DNA of 64,000 nucleotides from Antedon mediterranea (GCF_964355755.1 NC_092673.1:10044001-10108000); one strand, 5' to 3'; counted from the stretch's first letter, positions 27,501-42,216 are shown. Notes: generated by a model not told the origin, from the sequence alone. Made by a program: numbers and translations.

Positions 27501-29715
27501 TTCACAATAGGAGGTGTACAATTTCACGTGAATGCCCACATGTTGACAAAGTTATAAAATGTTTTGTTTACAAGTTTTTGAGATACGCGAGACACAAAAT
27601 TGACAGAAAGAAAGAATAATACAGAAAAAAAAGATGATTTCATACAGTTACAAGGAGTTATCCGCTACTAAGCGGATAACTAACTAGACATGAAACTCGT
27701 CACTGTGACGAGTTAGTTATCCGCACGACAAACGCCACGTGCACGTCATACATTGGAATATTGCACACGGAAAAAGATTATGGCATTGTGACCTGAACTG
27801 AAGAATATGATATGTTTTTATTGCTGAATTCTGTTATTTTGTGTCATATAGTATACACAGTATAATCTGTATACATATCACATACAGTGTGGAATAGGTG
27901 AAATTACGGGACCCGCTATTTATTCAAATTTTTAACATATTGACGGTTTCAAAATGAAACGCGAATGTAGCAATTTCGGAAGGAAATTATCTCAGCAACA
28001 ACATATTAACGTGTGGAAGAAATTTGAACACGTGAAATATTGATGCGCGTTCTTTTAAATGTAATGAACTATGACGCAAAAGATGAAAATACGATTTTTT
28101 TTATTTAACTGGCCATATGATGACGTCACAACATTCGATTGGCAAAATGTTTACATGATTTCGTATCTACAATCCAATAGCTTCCAGAAAACATTTTAAT
28201 CGTGATTATCCCATTTTGTTCTTACGAGCGATAACAGATTAAAATTTACTGTAAAGATGAAATTAATGACCCAAGTAATTAACATTTTTAGGCATGATGA
28301 CGTTACAAATATTAAAATATTTTTAACTCATGCAAAAGGTAGTTGATTGACCTAGACAATATTAAAATCTCGGAGAAAATGGAATACGGATAAGCGTGAT
28401 GCGCTCCATTGAATGTGATGAGCAATAACGAAAGAGACAAAAATCCTATATTTTATATTCATGTGGCCATACGATGACGTCAAAATGTCCTGTTAGCCAT
28501 ATTAATGTATGATTTGATATCTACAACTCATCAACTTCCAGAATATGTAATAAAAATAACTTTTACCGTTTAGTTTAGAAACTACGACTGTTTAAAAAAA
28601 GGCATAATTTTGACGATTTGTTTAGCTTTTTGGTCAAAAACGCGCGTAAATTTTCCAATTCGACGTGCTCGTATGACGTAATTTAAAGTCACAAATGGTT
28701 TTAAAATGGTAAAATTACTCTAGAAGGCTGGAAAAACATAATTCATGAGAAAAAAAGATGTTTTTCACGGTACGTGGCCACCGCGCGCGTAAAAAAATGC
28801 ATGCACGTGGGAATTTTTGACATGCGCGAAATGTCATGAGTCGTGTAAAAAGTTGATTAAAAATTAATTTTACGCATTTTGAAACTTTAAATGCGCGTGC
28901 GCGCGTAACTTCTTGTAAAACATGCCATTTTTAATCAATAAAAAGTTTGCACTTGATATGACTTAAATTTTCACAAAGTGTCAAAACTAAATTATGCTTG
29001 GTTTTTAGTCTATGAGCAATCATAAAAAATTATAAAATCGCGCGTAAGTCACGTTGCGCAACTCTGACGTCATTCAAAAATAGGAGGTGCACAATTTCAC
29101 GTAAATGCCCATATGTTGACAAAGTTATGAAATGTTATGTTTACCCATTTTAGAGATACGCTCTGCACAAAAAGTGAGGGAGAAAGACAGAAGAATAATA
29201 CTAGACATGAAACTCGTCACTTTGACGAGTTAGTTATCCGCTCGACAAACGCCACGTGCACGTCATACGTTAGAATATTGCACACAGAAAAATATTAAGG
29301 CATTATGACCTGAACTGAAGAATATGATATGTTGTTATTTCTGAATTCTGTTATTTTGTGTCATATAGTATACACAGTACAATCTGTATACATATCACAA
29401 ACAGTGTAAAATTGGTGAAATTACGGGACCCGTATTTTATTGTAATGTTTTACATCTTGACGGTTTCAAAATGGAATGCAAAAGTAGAAATTTCAGAATG
29501 AAATTATCTCAGCAACAACATATTAACGTGTAGAAGAAATTTGAATACGTAAAATATAGATGCGCGCTCTTTTAAATGTGATGAACTATGACGCAAAAGA
29601 TGAAAATACGACTTTTTTTATTCAACTGGCCATATGATGACGTCACAACGTCGGATTGGAAAAATGTTCACATGAATTCGTATCTACAATCCAATAGCTT
29701 CCAGGAAAAAATTAA

Positions 29716-30341
29716 AGCCCCATTCCCTACGTTTTTTAGATCTATTTTAAGATCACAAACTATATTTAATGTAAAAATAATACTATATGGTCCTATTGCG
29801 ATAACTTTTTTCGTCTTTAAACGGTTAAAAAAGTGAAAAATAAATTGATTCTAATAATTATAGAGGCCCGCTATAAATCCCAAAATGCAATGCGCGCGGA
29901 TTGATATTTTTGTTTTTCACCTGTAATTCGCCCACTTTTCGATCGATCGTGAAGCCAAAACAAATGGAAGACTCCTAACTTTTCAGCGAAAATACCGGGT
30001 TTTCCCCAATTTGTATCAACGGAGTCTGGCAAAAATAGAAAGACAATTAATGCAGCAACTATACAACGTCAGGCTAGGTATATAGCTAGCGTACGATGTT
30101 CGTACGTTATCGATGTTTACCAGCTAGGCCTACAAAACTAAGCCTAGCTAGGCTAGGCCTAAGACCGTCCACGAGAGGTCGATCGCCGCGAGCTACTTAG
30201 GTAGTGCATTGTTTCTCACTTTTTATCATAATTTACCATAAAACGTACATTTAAGACAAGGAATGACATGGTTTAATGTTTTTAAAGTGATATATATGTA
30301 TTATTTTCCAAAAAACGTCCAAAATTGCAGGGAAGGGGTCT
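29716..30341. mobile_element. Kolobok-type MITE, 626 bp
   Basis: TTAA TSD (29712-29715, 30342-30345). The imperfect TIR starts with AG (agccccattccctac / gcagggaaggggtct). It is absent from the near-identical unit at 40703. Confidence 0.8.
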
Positions 30342-33300
30342 TTAATCATGATTATCACTTTTTATTCTGACGAGCTATAACAGATTGAAATTTACTGTAA
30401 AGATGAAAATAATTGACTCACGTTATTTACGTTTTTAGACATGATGACGTAATAAAAATTAAAATATTTTTAACTCATGCGAAAGATAGTTGATTGATCT
30501 AGACAATATCAAAATCGGGGTGAAAATGGAAAACGGATAAGTAGAGATGCGCTCTATTAAATGTGATGAGCTACGACGAAAGATACAAAAATCCTAAATT
30601 TTATATTCGCGTGGCCATACGATGACGTCACAATGTCCGGTTAGCCATATTAATACATGATCCGATATCTATAACTCATCAACTTCAAGAATATGTCATC
30701 CACAAAAAATTGACCGTCCAGTTTAGAAATTACGACTGTTTAAAAAAAGGCATAATTTTGACAAATTTTGAAAAATTTTTTTACTTTTTCATCAAAAACT
30801 CACGAAAATTATCCAATTCTACGTGCCCGTATGACGTGATTTTAAGTCGAAATTGTTTAAAAGTTTGTAAAATTACTAGAAAAGGCTGGAAAAACATAAA
30901 TCACGCGAAAAAAAAGTGTTTTGCGCTACGTGCGCACGTGTGCGTAAAAAAATGGCGCGCGCCTGGGAATTTTTGACATGCTTAAAATGACATGAAACGC
31001 GTAGAAAGTTGATTAGAAACTGATTTTTCGCATTTTTAAATTTTAAACGCGCGTGCGCGCGTAACTTCGTGTGAAACATGTCATTTTTTTTACACAGAAA
31101 GTTAGCGCATGATATAAATTAAACTTATGCTAAGTTTCATTTGAAATTGTTATATGGTTTTCGATCTATGTTAAATACACGAAAAACGTAAAAACGCGTG
31201 TAAGTCACGTTGCGTAACTCTGACGTCATTCACAATAAGAGGGGCACAACTTCACGCGAATGCCCATATGTTGACAAAGTTATGAAATGTTATGTTTACA
31301 TGTTTTAGAGATACGCTCTGCACAAAAATGACAGAAAGAAAGAAGAATACAGAAAAAAAAGAAAAAAAAGAAGATGAAACAGGACAGTTACAAGGAGTTA
31401 TCCGCTGAATGCGGATAACTAACTATACATGTAACTCGTCACTTTGACGAGTTAGTTATCCGCATGAAAAACGCCACGCGCACGTCATACGTTGACATTT
31501 TGCGCACGAAAAAAGATTATGGCATTATGACCTGAATTGAAGAATGTCATGCTGTTAGTGCTGAACTCTGTCAATTTTGTGTCAAATAGTATATACAGTA
31601 TAAACAGTATAATCTGTATGCGTATTACATACAGTGTAGAATAGGTGAAATTACGGGACTAATTTTATTCCTATTTTTAACATGGCGGCAGTATCAAAAT
31701 GAAACACTAAGATAGCAATTTTGGAAGCAAATGATCTCATCAATAACATATTACCGTGTAGAAGAAATTTGAATACGTCAAATATAGATACGCGCTCTTT
31801 TAAATGTGATGAACTATGACGCAAATTATGAAAATACGACTTTTTATATTCAACTGGCCATATGATGACGTCACAACATCTGATTGGCAAAATGTTTACA
31901 TGAATTCGTATCTACAATCCAATAGCTTCCATAAAACGTTTTGATCATGATTATCACTTTTTATTCTGACGAGCTATAACAGATTGAAATTTACTGTAAA
32001 GATGAAAATAAGTGACCCACGTTATTTAAATTTTTAGACATGATGCCGTCATAAAAATTAAAATATTTTTAACTCATGCGAAAGATAGGTGATTGACCTA
32101 GACAATGTCAAAATCGGGGTGAAAATTGAAAACGGATAAGTAGAGATGCGCTCTATTAAATGTGATGAGCTATGACGAAAGATACAAAAATCCTATATTT
32201 TATATTCGCGTGGCCATACGATGACGTCACAATGTCCGGTTAGCCATAATATTACATGATCCGATATCTACACCTCATCAACTTCAAGAATATGTCATCC
32301 ACAAAAAGTTGACCGTCAAGTTTAGAAATTACGACTGTTTAAAAAAAGGCATAATTTTAATAAATTTTAACGAATTTTTTAACTTTTTCATCAAAAACCC
32401 ACGTAAATTATCCAATTCGACGTGCCCGTATGACGTAATTTTAAGTCAAAATCGTTTAAAAGTTGGTAAAATTACTACAAAAGGCTGGAAAAACATAAAT
32501 CACGTGAAAAAATTTGTTTTCAACGCTACGTGCGCACGGCGCGCGTAAAAAAATGCGCGCGTGTGGGAATTTTTTACCTGCTCAAAATGACATGAAACGC
32601 GTAGAAAGTGGATTAGAAATTGATTTTTCGTGTTTTGAAATTTTAAACGCGCGTGCGCGCGTAACTTTGTGTAAAACATGCCATTTTTTTTACACAGTCA
32701 GTTAGCGCAAGATATAACTAAAACTTTTGTTAAGTTTTAATTTAAATTGTTATATGGTTTTCGATGTATGTTAAATACGCGAAATTCGTTAAAACGCGCG
32801 TAAGTCATGTTATGCAATTCTGACGTCATTCAAAAATAGAAAAGCACAACTTCAGGTGAATACCCATATTTTGACAAAGTTATGAAATGTTAACTTTACA
32901 CGTTTTTGAGATATGCTCTGCACAAAAATGACAGAAAGAAAGAATAATACAGAAAAAAAAAAAAACTAGACATGAAACTCGTCACTTTGACGAGTTAGTT
33001 ATCCGCACGACAGACGCCACGTGCACGTCATACGTTGGAATATTGCACACGGAAAAAGATTATGGCATTGTGACCTGAACTGAAGAATATGATATGTTGT
33101 TATTGCTGAATTCTGTTATTTTGTGTCATATAGTATACACAGTATAATCTGTATACATATCACATACAGTGTAGAATAGGTGAAATTACGGGACCCGCTA
33201 TTTATTCAAATTTTTAACATATTGACGGTTTCAAAATGAAACGCGAATGTAGCAATTTTGGAAGGAAATTATCTCAGCAACAACATATTAACGTGTAGAA

Positions 33301-34480
33301 GAAATTTGAACACGTGAAATATTGATGCGCGCTCTTTTAAATGTAATGAACTATGACGCAAAAGATGAAAATACGACTTTTTTTATTTAACTGGCCATAT
33401 GATGACGTCACAACATCCGATTGCCAAAATGTTTACATGATTTCGTATCTACAATCCAATAGCAGAAAACATTTTAATCGTGATTATCCGATTTTATTCT
33501 TACGAGCGATAACAGATTAAAATTTCCTGGAAAGATGAAATTAATGACCCACGTAATTAAAATTTTTAGGCATGATGACGTTACAAAAATTAAAATATTT
33601 TTAACTCATGCGAAAGGTAGTTGATTGACCTAGACAATATTAAAATCTCGGAGAAAATGGAATACGGATAAGCGTGATGCGCTCCATTGAATGTGATGAG
33701 CAATAACGAAAGAGACAAAAATCCTATATTTTATATTCGCGTGGCCATACGATGACGTCACAATGTCCTGTTAGCCATAATAATGTATGATTTGATATCT
33801 ACCACTCATCAACTTCCAGAATATGTAATAAAAATAACTTTCACCGTTTAGTTTAGAAACTACGACTGTTTAAAAAAAGGCATAATTTTGATGATTTTTT
33901 TAGCTTTTTGATCAAATACGCGCGCAAATTATCCAATTCGACGTGCTCGTATGACGTCATTTTAAGTCGAAATTGTTTAAAAGTTGGTAAAATTACTAGA
34001 AAAGGCTGGAAAAACACAAATCACGCGAAAAAAGTATGTTTTTAACGCTACTTGCGCCCCTCGCGCGTAAAAATTTGCGCACATGTGGGAATTTTTGACA
34101 TGCTCAAAATGACAAGAAACGCGTAGAAAGTTGATTAGAAATTGATTTTTCGCATTTTAAAATTTTAAATGCGCGTGCGCGCGTAACTTTGTGTGAAACA
34201 TGCCATTTTTAATCCACAGAAAGTTGACTCTTGATATGAATTAAATTTTCACCAAGTCTCAATACAAAATGACTTTCGGTTTTTAATCTATGATCAATCA
34301 TTTAAATTCATAAAATTGCGCGCAAGTCACGTTGCCCAACCCTGACGTTTTTCAAAAATAGGAGGTGCACAACTTCACGTAAATATCTATATGTTGACAA
34401 AGTTATGATATGTTCTGTTTACACATTTTAGAGAAACAGGGCTCACAAAAAAAGGAAGAAAGACAGAAGAATAATACAGA

Positions 34481-36070
34481 ACTAGATTTGAACTCGTCAC
34501 TTTGACGAGTTCGGGTTATCCGCGCAACCGCAACATGCACAAACTTAACCATATTATGAACCTCGACAATTATTATTTCATCCTATGACATGAAATAAAT
34601 ATGTTTACAGTGCTGAAATGTACCTATTTTGTAGCATACATCATATTACAGTATTTACAGAATACGCTGTATATGTTATATACAGTGTAGCATAGACGAT
34701 ATCACGAGACCCATCTTTGAAATCCAATTATTAACACGATGACGTCATCAAATCGACGTATAAAGATAACAATTTTAGAAGATAATTATCTAAATAATTA
34801 CATTAATACAAATTTTAAGAAATTTAAATCCGTAAAATATAGATGCGCGCTCTTTTAAATGTGATGAACTGTGACGCAAAATATGAAAATACAACTTTTT
34901 GTATTCAACTGGCCATATGATGACGTCACAACATCTAATTGGCAAAATATTAACATGAATCTGTATCTACAATCCAATAGCTTCCAGAAAACGTTTTAAT
35001 CATGATGATCACTTTTTATTCTGACGAGCTATAACAGATTGAAATTTACTGTAAAGATGAAAATAGGTGACCCACGTTATTTACATTTTTAGACATGATG
35101 ACGTCGTAAAAATTAAAATATTTTTAACTCATGCGAAAGATAGTTGATTGACCTAGACAGTATTAAAATATCTGAGGAAATGGAATACGTATAAGCGATA
35201 TGCCCTCTATTTAATGTAATGAGCAATCGCGAAACAGTCAAAAATCCAATATTTTACATTCGTGTGGCCATACGATGACGTCATAACATCCGAAGGGTAA
35301 ATATTCCGCATGAATTCATATCTACAACATATCTGCTTACATATTAAATTAAAAAAAATTGGGGGTAACGGTTGATCCTGAGGAGCTATAATAGATTCAA
35401 AGTAGGCATAATTTTGACAATATTTTGTCACTTTTGCAACTAAAACGCACGCAAATTGTCTAAATCAACGTGTTGGTATGACGTCATTTTAATTTGAAAT
35501 GATGTAAATCTTTTTTAAAATGACTAAGAAAGGCTGTAAAATCATAATTCAAGAAAAAAACACATGATTTTCATGCTCCGTGCGCACCTTACGCGTGATT
35601 TTTTTCGCGTGCGTGGGAATTTTTGACATGCTAAAAATGTCATGATCAGCGTAGAAAGTTGATTAGAAATTAATTTTGCGCATTTTTAAATTTTAAATGC
35701 GCGTGCGCGCGTAACTTCTTGTGAAACATGTCATTTTTAATCCATAGAAAGTTTGCCCTTGATATGACTTAAATTTTCACCAAGTGTCAATACAAAACGA
35801 CTTTTGGTTTATAATCTATGACCAATCATTGAAATTCATAAAATCGCGCGTAACTTACGCTGCGCAACTCTAACGTCATATAACGAAGTTTCTTGCACAT
35901 CTACAGCTACAGGTCAATCTTTTGACAAAGTTATACAATCTTATGTTGACAAGGATGAGAGATATGCGACGCACAAAAATCCGGGAAAGAAAGAAGAATA
36001 ACAAAGAAGATGAAAAAAAAGATATTTACAATCACAAGGGTTATCCGCAACTTAAAGTTGCGGATAACCA
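34481..36070 (-). mobile_element. Divergent HINE subfamily unit within the array
   Basis: Same hairpin core but different flanks (actagatttg...gagttcgggttatccgc), a different 3' region and its own 5' hairpin ggttatccgcaacttaaagttgcggataacc. Confidence 0.75.
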
Positions 36071-39000
36071 ACTAGACATGTAACTCGTCACTTTGACGAG
36101 TTAGTTATCCGCACGACAAACGCCACGTGCACGTCATACGTTGGAATATTCCACACAGAAAAAGATTATGGCATTATGACCTGAACTGATGAATATGATA
36201 ATAGTTGTTAGTGCTGAATTCTGTCAATTTTGTGTCATATAGTATATAGTACAAACAGTATAATCTGTATATATATTATATACAGTGTAGAATAGGTGAA
36301 ATTACGGGACCCGCCATTTTTTTCAATTTTTAACATGGAGACGGTATCAAAATGAAACACTAAGGTAGCAATTTCGGAAGGAAGTTATCTCGGCAACAAC
36401 ATATTAATGTGTAGAAGAAATTAAAATACGTAAAATATTGATGCGCGCTCTTTTAAATGTAATGAATTATGACGCAAAAGATGAAAATACGACTTTTTTC
36501 ATTTAACTGGCCATATGATGACGTCACAACATCCGATTGGCAAAATTTTCACATGATTTCCTATGTGCAATCAAATAGCTTCTAGAAAACGTTTTAATCG
36601 TGAATATCAGATTTTATTCTTACGAGCTATAACAGATTAAAATTTACTGTAAAGATGAAATTAATGCCACACGTAATTTAAATTTTGAAATGGAAAACGG
36701 ATAAGTGGAGATGCGCTCTATTCAATGTGATGAGCTATGACGAAAGATACAAAAATCCTAAATTTTATATTCGCGTGGCCATACGATGACGTCACAATGT
36801 CCGGTTAGCCATGTTAATACCTGATCCGATATCTACAACTCATCTACTTCCAGAATATGCCATCCACAAAAAGTTGACCGTCTAGTTTAGAAATTACGAC
36901 TGTTTAAAAAAAGGCATAATTTTGACGAATTTTTGAACTTTTTCATCAAAAACGCGCCCAAATTGTCCAATTCGACGTGCTCGTATGACGTAACTTTAAG
37001 TCGAAATTGTTTAAAAGTTGGTAAAATTACTAGAAGAGGCTGGAAAAACATAAATCAGGCGAAAAAATAATGTTTTAAATGCTACGTGCGCACCGCACAC
37101 GTAAACATTTGCGCACGCGTGGGAATTTCTGACATGCTTAAAATGACATGAAACGCGTAGAAAGTTGATTAGAAATTAATTTTGCGCATTTTGAAATTTT
37201 AAATGCGCGTGCGCGCGTAACTTTGTGTAAAACACGCAATTTTTTTTCAACAGAAAGTTAGCGCATGATATAAATTAAACTTTTTCAAAGTTTCACTTTA
37301 AAATGTTATTTGGTTTTCGACATATGTTAAATACGAGAAAATCGTTAAATCGCACGTACGTCACGTTGCGCAATTGTAAACATCATGAAAAGCTTCGCTT
37401 GACGACGTTACATAAATGTCAAAATGTTAACATAGTTAAGAGAATGTTATGTTTGCAAGTTTTAGAGAAAAGCGTTACACAAAAATCATACAGAAAGAAA
37501 GAAGATGAACTAGACATGAAACTCGTCACTTTGACAAGTTAGTTATCCGCACGACAAATGCCACGAGCACGTCATACGTTGGAATATTGCACACAGAAAA
37601 AGATTATGGCATTATGACAAGAACTGAAGAATATGATTATGTTGTTATTGCTGAATTCTGTTATTTTGTGTCATATAGTATATACAATATAATCTGTATA
37701 CATATTACATACAGTGTAGAATAGGTGAAATTACGGGACCCCCCGTTTATTCCTATTTTTAACATGGCGACGGTATCAAAATGAAAAACTAAGACAGCAA
37801 TTTGGGAAGGAAATTATTTCAGTAACAACATATTAAAGTGCAGAAGAAATTTGAATACGTGAAATATTGATGCACGCTCTTTTAAATGTAATGAATTATG
37901 ACGCAAAAGATGAAAATACGACTTTTCTTATTTAACTGGCCATATGATGACGTCACAACATCCGAATGGCAACATTTTTAGATGATTTTGTATCTACAAT
38001 CCAATAGCTTCCAGAAAACGTTTTAATCGTGATTATCACATTTTATTCGTACGAGCTATAACAGATTAAAATTTACTGTAAAGATGAAATTAAAGGCACA
38101 CGTAATTTAAATTTTTAGGCATGATGACGTCATAAAAATTAAAATATTTTTAACTCATGCAAAGGATAGTTGATTGACCTAGACAATATCAAAATCGGCG
38201 TGAAAATGGAAAACGGATAAGTGGAGATGCGCTCTATTCAATGTGATGCGCTATGACAAAAGAGAAAAAATCCCTATATTTTATATTCGAGTGGCCATAC
38301 GATGACGTCTAAATGTCCGGTTAGCCATATTGATGCATGATACGATATCTACAACTCATCATCTTCCAGAAAACGTAATAAAAACAACTTTTACCGTTTA
38401 GTTTAGAAACTACAACTGTTTAAAAAAAGGTATAATTTTGACAAATTTTGATGAATTTTTGAACTTTTTCATAAAAAAACGCACATAAATTATCCAATTC
38501 TACGGGCTCGTATGACGTGATTTTAAGTCGAAATCGTTTAAAAGTTGGTAAAATTACTAGAAAAGGCTGGAAAAACCTAAATCACGCGAAAAAAATTGTT
38601 TTCAACGCTACGTGCGCACCACGCGCGTAAAAATATTCGCGCGCGTGGGAATTTTTTACATGCTCAAAATGACATGAAACGCGTAGAAAGTTGATTAGAA
38701 ATTGATTTTTAAATTTTAAACGCGCGTGCGCGCGTAACTTCGTGTGAAACATGCCATTTTTTTTTCACAGTCGGTTAGCGCAGAATATAAATTTAACTTT
38801 TGCTAAGTTTCAATTTAAATTGTTATATGGTTTTTGATTAATGTTAAATACGCTAAATTCGTTAAAACGCGCGTAAGTCATGTTGCGCAATTCTGACGTC
38901 ATTCAAAAATAAAAAAGCACAACTTCACGTGAATGCCCATATGTTGACAAAGTTATGAAATGTTAACTGTACACGTTTTTGAGATATGCTCTGCACAAAA

Positions 39001-39089
39001 ATGACAGAAAGAAAGAAGAATACATAAAAAAAAAAAAGATGATGAAACAGGACAGTTACAAGGAGTTATCCGCTCAATGCGGATAACTA

Positions 39090-40702
39090 ACTAGAACTTA
39101 AACTCGTCACTTGAGGACGAGTTTGGTTATCCGCCCGCAACAAAACGTATCTTGCGTATTAAAGTACTTCTCAGTTATGACTTTTCCTAAAAAATTAGCC
39201 TATTCAAAATTAACTGCCCTTTCAGTGTAATAACCAAATAAATCCTTTTAATTAATTGTTTTCCCATTATGGGATTCGAACCCGATACCTCTGATACCAA
39301 TGTCGGTTGCACTACACATCCAGCCATATGAGCACCTGCTGAAGAAAATCCGAAGAAAGAGTCCTCGTTCATTCGGTATGTTGTGAACCCCCCTCGATGC
39401 AAGTTGATTATTACATAATAAACTTAAATCATAATTTTTACTATGATGAAATCTTCACAAATTTTAAATAGTGACATATTATGAAAGTGCAAACTTTCAA
39501 GTTTTATATATTAACATGTAAAGAAAAAAGATAAACGTTATGTTTATTGTTTTACTCTTTGAATATGTTTATGTTTGTTTGATGATAATTATTTCAAAAA
39601 TTACATTTAATATGCAAATAATGTAGCCACCAAACACTTTTTAACATTCAAGACTATAATAAATCAGATCTATGATTCATACACTGCAAGAAATTAAAAT
39701 AAAAAATGGGGGTAACCTTGCATTCTGATGAACTGTTTCATTTTTAAAAGTAGACATATTTTGCAACATTTTCACAATTTGTTGACGTTTTTGTGCGCAA
39801 CCTGTCATGTTTAACGTGCTCGTAGAACGCCATTTCAAGTTGAAAAGTGAATAAAATAACGTAAAACTGTTAACCGAAGATTTAAAAACACAAATCGTGT
39901 AAAATAAATGGTCATACGTGTTCCCTGCGTAAAAATGTGCGCACCAGTGGCAATTTTTTAAACGCTTAAAATGACCTGAATCGTGCTCTAATTTAATCAG
40001 AAATTGATTTGAAGCATTTTAAAATTTCAAACGCCGTTTACGCGCGCACTTTCTAATGTTACAAATTGCGGTAGCGTTAAGAAAAGTTAACTATTGATGT
40101 GAAGCAAACGTGGCTGAAAATGACGTTAAAAAATATTCATTTGTTTCGAAGTTATAACCAATTTAAGATTTTCAGAAAATCACGCGTAACTTACGCTACG
40201 CGGCTCTGACATCGTCAAAAAGCTTGGCTGGACAACTTCAGTAAAATGTCTAAATGCTGAACAAGTTACAACATATTATGTTTACACGTTGAAGAGAAAC
40301 AGCGTGCACAAAATAAGAAGAGTAAAATATTTCAAACGCAATTTACGCGAAAACTTTCTAATCTCCAAAAATGTATTAAACATTCCAAAAGTTAGCCATT
40401 GATGTGAAGAAAACGTGGCTGAAAATTTCGTTAAAAAATATTTATCGGTTTCGAAGTTATGACCGATTTAAGATTTTCAGAAAATCGCGCGTGACTTAGG
40501 CTACGTGGATCTGACAGCGTCCAAAAGCTTGGCTGTACATCTTCAGTTAAATGTCTAAATGTTGACCAAGTTACAACATTTTATGTTAACACGTTGAAGA
40601 GAAAACGCGTGCACAACATCTGAGAAAGAAAGAAGAATAATAAAAAAAAAAAAAAGTAACACTACAATAACAAATGCTTATCCGCTTGAGGCGGATAACC
40701 AA
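39090..40702 (-). mobile_element. Distant HINE subfamily unit with tRNA-like cassette and ~305-bp internal duplication
   Basis: 3' hairpin aaactcgtc-acttgag-gacgagttt and subTIR ggttatccgc. 5' hairpin ttatccgcttgaggcggataa. Segment 40021-40310 is repeated at about 40325-40620. The body also matches 51439-51879. Confidence 0.75.
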
Positions 40703-42216
40703 ACTAGACATGAAACTCGTCACTTTGACGAGTTAGTTATCCGTTCGACAAACGCCACGTGCACGTCATACGTTAGAATATTGCACACAGAAAAATATTA
40801 AGGCATTATGACCTGAACTGAAGAATATGATATGTTGTTATTTCTGAATTCTGTTATTTTGTGTCATATAGTATACACAGTATAATCTGTATACATATCA
40901 CAAACAGTGTAAAATAGGTGAAATTACGGGACCCGTATTTTATTGTAATGTTTTACATCTTGACGGTTTCAAAATGAAATGCAAAAGTAGAAATTTCAGA
41001 ATGAAATTATCTCAGCAACAACATATTAACGTGTAGAAGAAATTTGAATACGTAAAATATAGATGCGCGCTCTTTTAAATGTGATGAACTATGACGCAAA
41101 AGATGAAAATACGACTTTTTTTATTCAACTGGCCATATGATGACGTCACAACGTCGGATTGGAAAAATGTTCACATGAATTCGTATCTACAATCCAATAG
41201 CTTCCAGGAAACATTTTAATCATGATTATCACTTTATTCTGACGAGCTATAACAGATTGAAATTTACTGTAAAGATGAAAATAATTGACCCACGTTATTT
41301 ACGTTTTTAGACATGATGACGTAATAAAAATTAAAATATTTTTAACTCATGCGAAAGATAGTTGATTGATCTAGACAATATCAAAATCGGGGTGAAAATG
41401 GAAAACGGATAAGTAGAGATGCGCTCTATTAAATGTGATGAGCTACGACGAAAGATACAAAAATCCTAAATTTTATATTCGCGTGGCCATACGATGACGT
41501 CACAATGTCCGGTTAGCCATATTAATACATGATCCGATATCTATAACTCATCAACTTCAAGAATGTCATCCACAAAAAATTGACCGTCCAGTTTAGAAAT
41601 TACGACTGTTTAAAAAAAGGCATAATTTTGACAAATTTTGACAATTTTTTTTACTTTTTCATCAAAAACTCGCGAAAATTATCCAATTCTACGTGCCCGT
41701 ATGACGTGATTTTAAGTCGAAATTGTTTAAAAGTTTGTAAAATTACTAGAAAAGGCTGGAAAAACATAAATCACGCGAATTTTTAAACGCGCGTGCGCGC
41801 GTAACTTCGTGTGAAACATGTCATTTTTTTTACACAGAAGGTTAGCGCATGATATAAATTAAACTTATGCTAAGTTTCATTTGAAATTGTTATATGGTTT
41901 TCGATCTATGTTAAATACGCGAAAAACGTAAAAACGCGCGTAAGTCACGTTGCGTAACTCTGACGTCATTCACAATAAGAGGGGCACAACTTCACGCGAA
42001 TGCCCATATGTTGACAAAGTTATGAAATGTTATGTTTACATGTTTTAGAGATACGCTCTGCACAAAAATGACAGAAAGAAAGAAGAATACAGAAAAAAAA
42101 GAAGATGAAACAGGACAGTTACAAGGAGTTATCCGCTGAATGCGGAAACTAAAAAAAAGATGATGATTTCGTACAATCACAAGAGGTTATCCTGCAACTT
42201 CGTTGCGGATAACCAA

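Larger units (their letters stand above)
13049..42216 (-). repeat. Head-to-tail array of ~1.5-kb Helentron/HINE units
   Basis: The 3'-end signature (actag...aactcgtcactttgacgagttagttatccgc on +) starts at 13769, 17801, 19325, 20984, 24593, 26104, 27683, 29200, 31422, 32965, 34481, 36071, 37509, 39090 and 40703. A partial unit spans 13049-13768. 5' hairpins of the type agttatccgc-N-gcggataact end at 13768, 20983, 24592, 27682, 31421, 36070, 39089, 40702 and 42216. Confidence 0.9.

Noticed and set aside
17157-41786. Recurrent short ORFs (MTVQFRNYDCLKKG..., MFHTKLRAHARL...)
   Set aside because: They come from the same noncoding segment of each HINE unit, with variable starts, stops and frameshifts and no RepHel motifs.
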